Assembly (NCBI GenBank): GCA_902556065.1
Contig: CACDUV010000001.1
Span: 30,534-94,533 of the forward strand
Origin: an uncultured Pelagibacteraceae bacterium
GTDB lineage: Bacteria > Pseudomonadota > Alphaproteobacteria > Pelagibacterales > Pelagibacteraceae
Direction: 5' to 3'
Length of the DNA stretch: 64,000 nucleotides
Shown here: positions 48,876-58,424 of the stretch, in pieces
How positions within the stretch are numbered: position 1 is the first letter of the stretch
How the letters are laid out: every line of letters starts with the position of its first letter
The notes under the pieces: generated by a model
What the model saw: only the letters and a program-made list of their open reading frames with translations
What the model was told of the DNA's origin: nothing
Databases searched by the model: none
Program-made: the position numbers and the translations under genes

Positions 48876-51029
48876 CTAAGCTATACCTAAATGTTTTTTT
48901 CTTTTCTCAACCCAAGTTCTGATTAAATTATCAAAAATCAAACCTATGAAAGCAACACAAATACCTAGGGTTAAACCTATTCCAGCTCCATTTTTATCTG
49001 ACAAAGCTTTTAAAATATATTGTCCTAAATCTTCTGTTCCAATAAAAGCCCCAATAATCACCATAAATAAAGCAAATACGATTGTTTGATTTATCCCAAG
49101 CATCATATGCGGGAAGGCCAAAGGAAATTCAATCTTGGTTAATCTTTGAAATTTATTAACACCAGACATTGTTGCAGCTTCATGCAAACCGACAGGGACA
49201 CTTCTTAATCCCTCAATAGTATATCTGGTTGCTGGAATTGTTGCGTAAACAATTACTGCAATTAATACTGATGTATCTGTAATTCCAAATAACATCATTA
49301 CTGGAATTAAGTATACGAACGATGGAAACGTTTGAAAAATGTCACAAACCCCTAACATAAACGCCGCAGACTTTTTATTTTGGAAACATAAGGTTCCAAC
49401 TGTAAAACCGATTAAACAAGAAACGACTACTCCAAAAGTTGCCATGTATAATGTAACCAATGCTCTATCCCACCATGGACTTAGTGCTATAAATAGAGTT
49501 AAAGCAGCAACAACTAATGCTGATCTAACTCCTCCAATTAAATATCCAGCACCTACAGCTAATACTAAAGTAGCAACAGCTGGCATTCTTAAATATAAAG
49601 CTCTCATTGGTTGAAGCACATCTACAATTAACCAAGTATTAAATGCTTTTATATAAACAAAAAATGTATCAAAAATCCAATCAACACCTTTGTTCCAAAA
49701 ATCAGCTGTTGAAATTCCTTTGTTATGAGGAACTTCAAATAAATAATTAAACGTATCTTTAAAAACAAATGTTCCAATATAAGCAAGAATTATTCCAACA
49801 ACTATTGATCCACCAAAAAATATAATATTTTTATTTCGTTGGTAAAAAGTAAGATTACCAAAATAGTCTTGTTGTTGATTTGCCCAAGCCAATGACATTT
49901 TATCTAATAAAATTGCAATCAAACTAATACACAAACCTGCTTCAAGAGCTAGACCAATATTAAGTTGGTTTAGAGCAAGTAATAAGTTAAATCCTAATCC
50001 TTTGGCACCAATAAATGCAGAGATTACTGCCATAGAAAAACAAACCATAATAACTTGGTTAACCCCAATTAAGATATCTCTTCTTGCAGTTGGAATAAGT
50101 ACTTTGGTCATTAACTGCCAGTTTGTGCAACCACTCATTCTTCCAGCTTCGATTACTTCTGGAGGAACTGCCCTTAGTCCAAGAATAGTTAATAAAATCA
50201 TTGGAGGCACTGCTACTACCATTGTAATTATTACAGCTGCATGATCACCAACACCGAATAAAACAAGTGCGGGTACTAATACTGCGTATTGAGGCATTGT
50301 TTGCATTACTAAAAGAATTGGATACAAAGCATTTTCAACTCTTTTACTTTTATAAGCAGCAATACCTAAACTGATTCCAAATACAAATGACAATGGAACT
50401 GCAACTAATATAAAAGAAAGTGTTTGCATAGAAGGTTTCCACTGACCAAACATTGAAATATAAACCATTGTTAAACCTGCAAATAAAGCAAGTCCTTTAC
50501 CACTCAATTTATATGCAAGTATTGTTGCTCCAGCTGCAACTATAGTCCAAGGTAATCCAGGTAATTCCAACCAAGGATAAGCATCAATAAAATCCCAGCT
50601 TGTGAACGCAACTATAGTTTCTAATCCTCCAAGTAAAATTTCTCTAATCAATTCAATTAAAAACGTCATAAAAGACGTTAAATTTCTACTTATCTGTAAC
50701 AATAAAGGTCTAGTTTTGAACTCTTGAGTATCTTCATTCCAAAATTCCATTGGCATCCACTCATTCATTAAGAAAAATAAAGAGTCGTTTATCCAGATAG
50801 GCAACCACCCAAGTAAAGGAGGCAATCTCCAAAATACATCAAAAGCATAATATCGTACTTCTTTACCCAGAAAAATATAAACACTTTGGTTAGGATCTTT
50901 TACAAATTCTGCTTGACCTCTTATAAATTTATAAGTTTCAGGAACATCGATTGCAAAACATAAAGAGAGAAATACAATTAACAAAAATAACCATTGGAAT
51001 AATTTTGGATATTTTTTTAAATACTCCAT
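48876..51029 (-). CDS. tmoV: TMAO ABC transporter permease (two fused ProW-type domains)
   Basis: 717 aa; two MQT.P / QT.PSFVYLIP repeats with EAA loops; clustered with tmoX and tdm. Confidence 0.85.
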   Translation of the reverse strand: MEYLKKYPKLFQWLFLLIVFLSLCFAIDVPETYKFIRGQAEFVKDPNQSVYIFLGKEVRYYAFDVFWRLPPLLGWLPIWINDSLFFLMNEWMPMEFWNEDTQEFKTRPLLLQISRNLTSFMTFLIELIREILLGGLETIVAFTSWDFIDAYPWLELPGLPWTIVAAGATILAYKLSGKGLALFAGLTMVYISMFGQWKPSMQTLSFILVAVPLSFVFGISLGIAAYKSKRVENALYPILLVMQTMPQYAVLVPALVLFGVGDHAAVIITMVVAVPPMILLTILGLRAVPPEVIEAGRMSGCTNWQLMTKVLIPTARRDILIGVNQVIMVCFSMAVISAFIGAKGLGFNLLLALNQLNIGLALEAGLCISLIAILLDKMSLAWANQQQDYFGNLTFYQRNKNIIFFGGSIVVGIILAYIGTFVFKDTFNYLFEVPHNKGISTADFWNKGVDWIFDTFFVYIKAFNTWLIVDVLQPMRALYLRMPAVATLVLAVGAGYLIGGVRSALVVAALTLFIALSPWWDRALVTLYMATFGVVVSCLIGFTVGTLCFQNKKSAAFMLGVCDIFQTFPSFVYLIPVMMLFGITDTSVLIAVIVYATIPATRYTIEGLRSVPVGLHEAATMSGVNKFQRLTKIEFPLAFPHMMLGINQTIVFALFMVIIGAFIGTEDLGQYILKALSDKNGAGIGLTLGICVAFIGLIFDNLIRTWVEKRKKHLGIA

Positions 51030-51032
51030 ATT

Positions 51033-52064
51033 TTAGCTATTATTTTTTCTTCCTCCAAAAACTGTATCAATAATTGTTGAGGGTTTTATTGAGCCAATAA
51101 TATTGTTATTTGAGTCAACCACTCCTACAATTTTTTCTTGGGTAAGAATTTTTTCTGCAACATTTTCTATAATGTCGTCTTTTGAAACTTTAATATCTCC
51201 TAAGTTATCTTTATTGAACGTATCCATTACATCTTCAATGACTAAAACTTTTTCTCTTGGAACTTCCTCAGTAAATTTTCGTACATATTCTGTAGCAGGA
51301 TTTAAAACAATATTAGCAGGGGTATCTAACTGCTCTATTATTCCATCTTTCATTATAGCAATTCGATCCGCTAATTTTAAAGCTTCATCAAAATCGTGAG
51401 TAATAAACATAATAGTTTTTTGTAACTTTTCTTGCAGCCTTAAAAACTCATCTTGCATTTCTTTTCTTATTAATGGGTCTAATGCTGAAAATGGTTCATC
51501 TAAGAACCAAATATCAGGTTCCACTGCCAAGGATCGAGCAATCCCAACTCTTTGTTGTTGACCTCCTGAAAGTTCTCTTGGAAAATAATTTTCTCTTCCA
51601 TCTAGCCCAACTAGTTTAACCATTTCCATTGCTCTACTAATACTATCTTCAGTCTTGATACCTTTTATCTGAAGTGGGAAAGCAATATTTTCTACAACTG
51701 TTTTGTGAGGTAACAAGGCAAAGCTTTGAAAAACCATTCCCATTTTATTTCTTCTAAGTTCAATTAATTCCTTGTTGTTCAATTGAAGTAAATCTTGCCC
51801 TTCTATAAAAATTTTTCCTCCAGTTGCATCTGTCAATCTTGAAATACATCTTAGTAATGTTGATTTACCTGATCCAGACAAACCCATCACTACTAGCATT
51901 TCTCCTTTTGCAACTTCAAAAGAAGCGTTGTTAACTCCGACTATACAGCCTTTTTCTTGAAATGTTTTTGCATCAACATTGCCGTTAGATTCTTCAAGCA
52001 TTTTTTTGGCATTCTCACCAAAAATTTTATAAACTGACTCACACTTAATAACGGTCTCAGACAT
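51033..52064 (-). CDS. tmoW: TMAO / betaine ABC transporter ATPase (ProV-type)
   Basis: MGLSGSGKST, LSGGQQQRVG.AR, DEPFSALDPLIR, FITHD.DEA. Confidence 0.9.
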   Translation of the reverse strand: MSETVIKCESVYKIFGENAKKMLEESNGNVDAKTFQEKGCIVGVNNASFEVAKGEMLVVMGLSGSGKSTLLRCISRLTDATGGKIFIEGQDLLQLNNKELIELRRNKMGMVFQSFALLPHKTVVENIAFPLQIKGIKTEDSISRAMEMVKLVGLDGRENYFPRELSGGQQQRVGIARSLAVEPDIWFLDEPFSALDPLIRKEMQDEFLRLQEKLQKTIMFITHDFDEALKLADRIAIMKDGIIEQLDTPANIVLNPATEYVRKFTEEVPREKVLVIEDVMDTFNKDNLGDIKVSKDDIIENVAEKILTQEKIVGVVDSNNNIIGSIKPSTIIDTVFGGRKNNS

Positions 52065-52129
52065 AAATCTTTACAAAGTTATATGAAATTCAATAAAATT
52101 TAAATGTTAATTATTGTAACCTTTCATCA

Positions 52130-52681
52130 TTAAAAATTCTTAATATAGTAAACTCTTGTATCAATACCTGTACTTAAAAAACTTAAGGCTTCTCCGCTAA
52201 CTGTAATACTTTCATCAACCCCTACATTGTTTCCACTTACTGTAAAACCTGCGTAACATTTACCTTTTTCTTGGTCCCATTTAACGAAAGTTTCATCAAT
52301 TTTATTTCCGTTGATCGTATAAAGTTCATGAGCTCTAAAATTTAAAAAATTGGCACCCATTATTGCTCTTTGTGGAATTAATTTCGTTGCTTTGCATACT
52401 TGTTCGTATACCTCATCGGTTAATCTATAATAATCAGTTCCGTCAAAGGATACTAGTATTCCTGAAGGTAATTTAGATATTAATTCACTAAGTTTTTTTT
52501 CTTCAGCAATTCTCTGTTCTTCCAATTTCATTCTTTTAACAAGTTCGTCTCCCTCTCCAAATATTCCATTCAATATACCGAAAAAAGCTATCACTATTAC
52601 TGTAACTATTATTAAGCCAACAAATTGCTTTGAAGTGTTTGAGGTATCTTCTGTTTTATTTAAATTATTTTCTTTTGACAT
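52130..52681 (-). CDS. Membrane-anchored hypothetical protein
   Basis: Single N-terminal TM, then coiled coil and a domain with two Cys; start placed at ATG 52681 (TAATG coupling to the MORN gene). Confidence 0.75.
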   Translation of the reverse strand: MSKENNLNKTEDTSNTSKQFVGLIIVTVIVIAFFGILNGIFGEGDELVKRMKLEEQRIAEEKKLSELISKLPSGILVSFDGTDYYRLTDEVYEQVCKATKLIPQRAIMGANFLNFRAHELYTINGNKIDETFVKWDQEKGKCYAGFTVSGNNVGVDESITVSGEALSFLSTGIDTRVYYIKNF

Positions 52682-53058
52682 TACTCTTGTAACTTTCCAT
52701 TTATCCAATTGCCTGTTTTTTGTTTACCGTCTGCCCAAGTAAATGTTCCTTGACCATTCATGAAACCTTTGGACCATTCGCCTTCATATGTAGATCCATC
52801 TGGAAATGTCAAAACTCCCTGTCCACTCCATTCACTATTTTTAAATTCACCTTTGTAAATGTATCCATTAGGCCATGTCTCAACTCCTTGACCTTCTTTT
52901 TTTGTTGCAACCCATTCACCTTCATAAGTTGTCTTGTCGGTATAAACCCATTTACCATAACCATTCTCACAATTTCCTTCTTTACATCCAGTGCTTCGGG
53001 CAAATACAGAAGAGCTAATTAAAAAACTAAAAAATATAAATAGGAGAAGTTTTTTCAT
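52681..53058 (-). CDS. Secreted MORN-repeat protein
   Basis: Signal peptide, GC.EG.C.NG.G, four Y.GEW/F..G...G.G repeats. Confidence 0.9.
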   Translation of the reverse strand: MKKLLLFIFFSFLISSSVFARSTGCKEGNCENGYGKWVYTDKTTYEGEWVATKKEGQGVETWPNGYIYKGEFKNSEWSGQGVLTFPDGSTYEGEWSKGFMNGQGTFTWADGKQKTGNWINGKLQE

Positions 53059-53088
53059 AAGGGTATTTTACATAAATTCAGATAAAAA

Positions 53089-53119
53089 AAAATCCCCCCC
53101 AAAAGTTGGGGGGGATTTT
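53089..53119 (-). terminator. Rho-independent terminator after tmoX
   Basis: AAAATCCCCCCCAA-aag-TTGGGGGGGATTTT, with an A-run at 53084-53092 (U-tract on the minus strand). Confidence 0.85.
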
Positions 53120-53139
53120 AATTTTTTAAACTTTTATCC

Positions 53140-54087
53140 TTACTTAGTAAAAGCTTTCCAAACTGACTCGTTGTCAGCTAACCATTTTTTAGCTGCATCT
53201 TCGTGAGTCATTTTGTCAACGTCAACTAAAGCTGCCATTGCACCAATTTGACTTGTAGAGAACGACATTTTTTTGAACGTTGCTGCTGCTGCAGGATGAG
53301 TTTTTGGAAAATCTTCATGCACAGCTTTTTTTAGGTAACCATCTGGAGAACCACATTTTCCATCTCCTCCATCTTCTGGTCTACAACCAGCAGTATATGG
53401 TGGAAAATCGATGAACGTAAAACCAGCACCATCAGTAAAGTTAGGTGTCCAGTTAAAGATAATAGTTCCTCTACCCTCTTTTTCAGCTGCTGCTAACTCA
53501 GCCCAAAGTGCATCTGCACTTCCAGCAAATTTAACCCACCAAAGATCACCTAGACCTAATGCATCAACCCTTTGTGGAATTAAATCACCGTGCCAAGTTT
53601 GAGGACCTTCCAACATTCTTCCTTTTCCATCTGGAGAGTCAGGTGTTGTAAAGTTTTTAGCACAGTCTGGATTTTTTAAAGCTGTCCAATCTGGTAGACC
53701 TGGGCATAGACCTTTGTCAGTAACCCAGTTTGGGTAACCCATATCTTCTAGAGTTCTTGCCTCATGATCACCCCAGTCAAGTAAACCACCCTTATCTAAA
53801 GCAGTCGTAAATGACTTACCGAATGCAGATTCCCACACTTCGTGAGAAATAGTTACGTCTCCAATTCTGATTGATTCATAAACTGCTTGTGAGTCAGCGT
53901 TTACATATTTTACATTGTTACCCATGCTTTCAAAAATTCCGCCAATAACATATGCCATAACAATTTGTGATGACCAGTTATGAGTTGGGATTACGATGGG
54001 CTTTTTGCTATCTGCAGCGTTAGATATTCCTGTGAAACTTACTACAGAAATAACTAGAGCAGATAATAATGACATTATTTTTTTCAT
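53140..54087 (-). CDS. tmoX: TMAO ABC transporter substrate-binding protein
   Basis: PIVIP.HNWSSQIVM, DSQAVYES.R.GDV...HEVW, FNWTPNF; divergent from tdm. Confidence 0.88.
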   Translation of the reverse strand: MKKIMSLLSALVISVVSFTGISNAADSKKPIVIPTHNWSSQIVMAYVIGGIFESMGNNVKYVNADSQAVYESIRIGDVTISHEVWESAFGKSFTTALDKGGLLDWGDHEARTLEDMGYPNWVTDKGLCPGLPDWTALKNPDCAKNFTTPDSPDGKGRMLEGPQTWHGDLIPQRVDALGLGDLWWVKFAGSADALWAELAAAEKEGRGTIIFNWTPNFTDGAGFTFIDFPPYTAGCRPEDGGDGKCGSPDGYLKKAVHEDFPKTHPAAAATFKKMSFSTSQIGAMAALVDVDKMTHEDAAKKWLADNESVWKAFTK

Positions 54088-54230
54088 TTTTTCCCCTCTA
54101 TTAATATTAATATTAACACTCTATGATAAAATTAATAGCAAGGTAAAGAATTATTAGTTCTAAAAAATATATATATATTTAATCAATAAAAATGGTGATA
54201 AAAAATATATCAATATTAAAATTTTAAAAA

Positions 54231-56570
54231 ATGTTTGGAACAAGTAAAGAAATTAAAAATCCTGGACTAAATATTTTACCACCTGGAGTTGAACGATATA
54301 TTGTAAATGGCGGTGCTCTTACTGCTTTTCAAATTTTTCCAGATGATGAAATAGAGTTAATCAACGATGAAGGAAATCAAATTTGTGAAATAATTTGCTT
54401 TAATAAAGACGGAAAGTCAGAATTAGGAATCTTAAATCTAATAGAAAATAGTCAAAAAAATTTCATTAGAGATATTTTAAACGGAAAAGATGAAACAATC
54501 TTAGCAACAAATTATCAATTAAAAAAAAGAAATTTAAATATTAAAGAATCTAAATCATCTATAATTTTTGATGTTGATACTAAACCTGAAGAAAAGATTA
54601 AACTTAAATCAAAAGACAAATGTTATGCAATCTTTGCTGCACCTGGTGAAGACATGGATGTCGCAAAACAAAATCCGCCAACAGATTTAACTATATTTAT
54701 TAAAAGAGCTAAAATTATAAATGATAAAGAGTTAAGTGTTATACCCGATCCAGTTTTTGAACCACTTTATGAAAAAAACATAGATAAAGAAACTTCAACA
54801 TCTTACCAAGTTAAAGAAGGAGATTACATTCAAGTTATAAGTCCAACTGGAAGACAATGTTCAGACTTTGTGGCCTTTGATACAAAAAAATTAGAAAAAG
54901 GAATTGAAAAAGGATTAGATTGGCAAACTACTAGAACGTTTATGGGAAATACTTTTCCTGGTCCTGGATTACATTCAAAATTTTATGATACTGATCATGA
55001 ACCCTTAGTAGAGGTAATAAGAGATACAGTTGGTAAGCATGATACTTTTAATCTTGCATGTACTTCAAAATATTATGAAGATGCTGGTTACTTTGGTCAT
55101 CCTAATTGCTCTGATAATTTAACTGAAAGTATGTCTAAATATGGAGTTCAAAAACAAAAGGGATGGCATGCAATTAATTTATTTTTTAATACTTCAGCTG
55201 CTGGATTAAATTCAGTAATATCTGATGAATCTTATTCTAGACCTGGTGATTATGTAATGTTTAGAGCGTTAAAAGATTTAACAATTGGTACTACAGCTTG
55301 TCCTAGTGATATTGATGCTTGTAATTCATGGAATCCTACTGAAATTTTTGTTAGAACTTATGACAAAAATAAAGAATTTAGAAAGTCATTTGCTTTTCGA
55401 ATGAAAACAGATTCAGAAAAAAAATTAACAAGAAATTCAGGTTTTCACGAACGTACATCTCAACTTACTAGAAATTTTGTTGATGCGAGAGGTTTTTGGC
55501 TTCCAAATGATTATACAAAACACGGACTAGTGAATGAATATAATGCCTGTAGAAATGATGCTGTTTTAATTGATTTATCTTCTCTTAGAAAATTTGAAAT
55601 AATAGGTCCAGACGCTGAAGAATTATTAAACTACACACTTACTAGAAACATCAAAAAATTATCAGTTGGCCAAGTTGTCTATTCTGCAATGTGTTATGAA
55701 AATGGAATGATGTTTGATGATGGAACATTATTAAGATTAAGTGAGACAGGATTTAGATGGATTTGTGGTGATGAGTATGCTGGAGAATGGTTAAAAGAAA
55801 TAGCTAAGAAAAAAAATTTTAATGCAAATGTTAAAAATTCAACTGACCAAATTAGTAATGTTTCTATACAAGGTCCAAAAAGTAGAGAAATTTTAAAAAA
55901 AATAATTTTTACACCACCTACTCAACCATCTATTGATGAGCTTGGTTGGTTTAGATTTACAATTTGTAGAATTGAAGAATTACAAGGTATTCCTCTAATC
56001 ATTTCTAGAACAGGTTATACAGGTGAGCTTGGTTATGAAGTATGGTGTCATCCAAAACATGCACCTGAAGTTTGGGATAAATTAATGGAAGCAGGAAAAG
56101 ATGACGGTTTAATTCCTGCTGGTTTTGCTGCTCTTGATAAACTTAGAATAGAAGCTGGATTAATTTTATTTGGAAATGAATTTGATGGTCAACAAGATCC
56201 CTTTGAAGCAGGAATTGGTTTTGCAGTTCCTCTGAAAACAAAAGAAGAGGACTTTATTGGTAAAGAAGAATTATTAAAAAGAAAAAATAATCCACAGAAA
56301 AAATTAGTTGGATTAGAATTAATTGGCAAAGAAATCGCAGGTCATGGTGACTGTGTCCATATTGGTAGAGCTCAAGTGGGTATTGTTACAAGTGGATGTC
56401 TATCATCAACCCTAAATAAAAATGTAGCTCTTTGTAGAATTGATTCTCAATATTCGGAAATTGGAACAGAAGTTGAAATTGGAAAAATAGATGGTCACCA
56501 AAAAAGAATTAGTGCAAAAGTCGTTGGGTTTCCATTCTATGATCCAACTAAATCAAGAGTAAGATCTTAA
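54231..56570 (+). CDS. tdm: Trimethylamine N-oxide demethylase (DUF1989 + GcvT fusion)
   Basis: G.QCSDF, DT.G.HDTF.LAC..KYYE, GH.NCS.N, ACP.DID..N.W.PT; C-terminal GcvT domain (RTGYTGELGYE). Confidence 0.92.
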   Translation: MFGTSKEIKNPGLNILPPGVERYIVNGGALTAFQIFPDDEIELINDEGNQICEIICFNKDGKSELGILNLIENSQKNFIRDILNGKDETILATNYQLKKRNLNIKESKSSIIFDVDTKPEEKIKLKSKDKCYAIFAAPGEDMDVAKQNPPTDLTIFIKRAKIINDKELSVIPDPVFEPLYEKNIDKETSTSYQVKEGDYIQVISPTGRQCSDFVAFDTKKLEKGIEKGLDWQTTRTFMGNTFPGPGLHSKFYDTDHEPLVEVIRDTVGKHDTFNLACTSKYYEDAGYFGHPNCSDNLTESMSKYGVQKQKGWHAINLFFNTSAAGLNSVISDESYSRPGDYVMFRALKDLTIGTTACPSDIDACNSWNPTEIFVRTYDKNKEFRKSFAFRMKTDSEKKLTRNSGFHERTSQLTRNFVDARGFWLPNDYTKHGLVNEYNACRNDAVLIDLSSLRKFEIIGPDAEELLNYTLTRNIKKLSVGQVVYSAMCYENGMMFDDGTLLRLSETGFRWICGDEYAGEWLKEIAKKKNFNANVKNSTDQISNVSIQGPKSREILKKIIFTPPTQPSIDELGWFRFTICRIEELQGIPLIISRTGYTGELGYEVWCHPKHAPEVWDKLMEAGKDDGLIPAGFAALDKLRIEAGLILFGNEFDGQQDPFEAGIGFAVPLKTKEEDFIGKEELLKRKNNPQKKLVGLELIGKEIAGHGDCVHIGRAQVGIVTSGCLSSTLNKNVALCRIDSQYSEIGTEVEIGKIDGHQKRISAKVVGFPFYDPTKSRVRS

Positions 56571-56572
56571 AA

Positions 56573-56923
56573 ATGCCAAAGGAAAAAAAGACACTTTTAG
56601 ATTTCTGGGAAGAGCAAATGAAACAATCCCATACTTCAAGTAATTATTTTTTTAGAAAGTCACCTTCTCATTATCACATGATGTTATTAGTTATGTCAGC
56701 TTTTAAAGAAGGTACAAAATTATCTGTTGAAGAATTAAAAACAAAATTATTTAAAACATCTAGGCCAAAATCAGCTTTAATAATTACAGAGGCTTGTGAA
56801 AAAGGATTCTTCAAATTAGAAAAAACTTCAACTGATCAGCGAATAAAAAATATAGTCCCGAGCGAGTCATTTATTAAAGAGTTTAATGAATATTTGGATA
56901 CGCTCAAAAATATCAGTTATTAA
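56573..56923 (+). CDS. Putative MarR-like winged-helix regulator
   Basis: LSVEEL....TSR......I......KG......S.DQR.K wHTH/wing pattern; 116 aa. Confidence 0.6.
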   Translation: MPKEKKTLLDFWEEQMKQSHTSSNYFFRKSPSHYHMMLLVMSAFKEGTKLSVEELKTKLFKTSRPKSALIITEACEKGFFKLEKTSTDQRIKNIVPSESFIKEFNEYLDTLKNISY

Positions 56924-57023
56924 TTCATTTATTTGGTAGATATTAAAAATATCTAAATTTTATATATAATTTTTACTTCTATAAATAAGTATATTAATTA
57001 CCATTATCAAAAAATAATGTTTT

Positions 57024-58355
57024 GTGATGACGACATTACCTTCAAAAGCAAAAGTAGTAATAATCGGTGGTGGAATACATGGTTTAAGCACTGCATGGAA
57101 ACTTTCAGAAACTTACAAAAATCCTGGCGACATAGTTGTATTAGAAAAAAAAGATACAGCTGCAGGTGCTAGTGGAATTGCATGTGGAGTTGTAAGAAAT
57201 AATTATTTTCAGCCAGCAATGAGAGAATTGATGGCTCATTCAGTTTCGGTTTGGGAAAGTGATCCTAAAGCATTCAAATATAATCCAGTTGGATACCTAC
57301 AAATATCTCCAGAAGTAATGCATGAAGATGTTGCAAGTATTTATGAACAACAGAAAGCAATTGGATATGAGTCAGTTTTTATTGAAGGTGAAAAAGATTG
57401 CACAAATTACATGAAGGGAATTTTTGATGATTGGCAAGCTCAAGGCATCACATCTGTACTTCATGAAAAAAAAGGTGGATACGCTTTTAATAAAGATTCA
57501 ATTAAAGCCCTTGAAAATAAATCTACATCTAATGGTGTTCAAGTTATGAAAGGTGTAAGAGTAACTGGTTTTAAAAAAGGAAGTAACAGTCAAGCAGTAA
57601 CTGGTGTTGAAACTGATAAAGGAACTATTGAATGTGAACAGGTTGTTGTTGGAGCAGGACCATGGGCAAGAGATTTTTGGAATATGTTAGAGTTACCAAA
57701 GACAGCTCACATAAAAGGTAAAGACGGTAAAATGCATGAAACCGATATGTGGACTTATTGGATGCTTCAAGAAGGGGTTATAGGAGTTGAGCCAGATTTC
57801 TTAAAAACAAATGATGGTAAACAACCGCCTGTAGTTCACGTTGACTCAACAGCACCTTTGTATTCTGACAAATCAAAAAAATTATTAACAGATAAAATTT
57901 GGGGAATTTATTATAAACCTGATATTGAAGGTTTAGGTGTACAAGGTGGAACTTCTCCTTACATTGTTAAAAAACATTTTGATGAAGTAAACGTTGATCC
58001 TTATGGAATTGAGTCTCCAGAGTATCAAACAACAGATGCTTTTAGTGAAATGTGGTGTTCAGCACTTGCACATTGCCAAAAAAGATTTGAGGGAAAATCA
58101 GATTTATACCGAAAAGGACCATCAGGTGGTTTGGGATGTATGACACCAGACTCTTTTCCAATCTTCGATAGATTTTTTGAAAACGTATACATGATTGCAG
58201 ATGCTAATCACGGATATAAAATGATTGGCGTTGGTGAACTTGTTGCAAAAGAAATTCTTGGTACTGAAAGTGATTTATTGAAACCGTTTAGATTCAACCG
58301 TTACGAGAAGGGTGAACTTCATCCCACTTCTAACAGTCCATTCCCTTGGAGTTAA
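57024..58355 (+). CDS. FAD-dependent amine oxidoreductase (DAO / monomeric sarcosine oxidase-like)
   Basis: IGGGIHGLSTA, GASGIACG, GAGPW, TPDSFP, HGYKM; start GTG 57024 or ATG 57027. Confidence 0.88.
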   Translation: MMTTLPSKAKVVIIGGGIHGLSTAWKLSETYKNPGDIVVLEKKDTAAGASGIACGVVRNNYFQPAMRELMAHSVSVWESDPKAFKYNPVGYLQISPEVMHEDVASIYEQQKAIGYESVFIEGEKDCTNYMKGIFDDWQAQGITSVLHEKKGGYAFNKDSIKALENKSTSNGVQVMKGVRVTGFKKGSNSQAVTGVETDKGTIECEQVVVGAGPWARDFWNMLELPKTAHIKGKDGKMHETDMWTYWMLQEGVIGVEPDFLKTNDGKQPPVVHVDSTAPLYSDKSKKLLTDKIWGIYYKPDIEGLGVQGGTSPYIVKKHFDEVNVDPYGIESPEYQTTDAFSEMWCSALAHCQKRFEGKSDLYRKGPSGGLGCMTPDSFPIFDRFFENVYMIADANHGYKMIGVGELVAKEILGTESDLLKPFRFNRYEKGELHPTSNSPFPWS

Positions 58356-58365
58356 ACTCTAAGCC

Positions 58366-58394
58366 TAGACACAAATAAAATTTTCAGCTACGTT
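58366..58394 (+). promoter_or_regulatory. Putative sigma70 promoter of gmaS-mgsABC
   Basis: TAGACA-N17-TACGTT, then GAGGGG RBS at 58414-58419. Confidence 0.5.
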
Positions 58395-58424
58395 TGAATA
58401 AATTAAATTCATTGAGGGGTGAAA

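Noticed and set aside
52720-52990. Repeated sequence units that might be a CRISPR or DNA repeat
   Set aside because: They are the codons of MORN protein repeats; no identical direct repeats with spacers and no cas genes anywhere in the window
54100-54180. TTAATATTAATATTAA and AAATATATATATATTT palindromes
   Set aside because: Low-complexity AT runs expected in this composition
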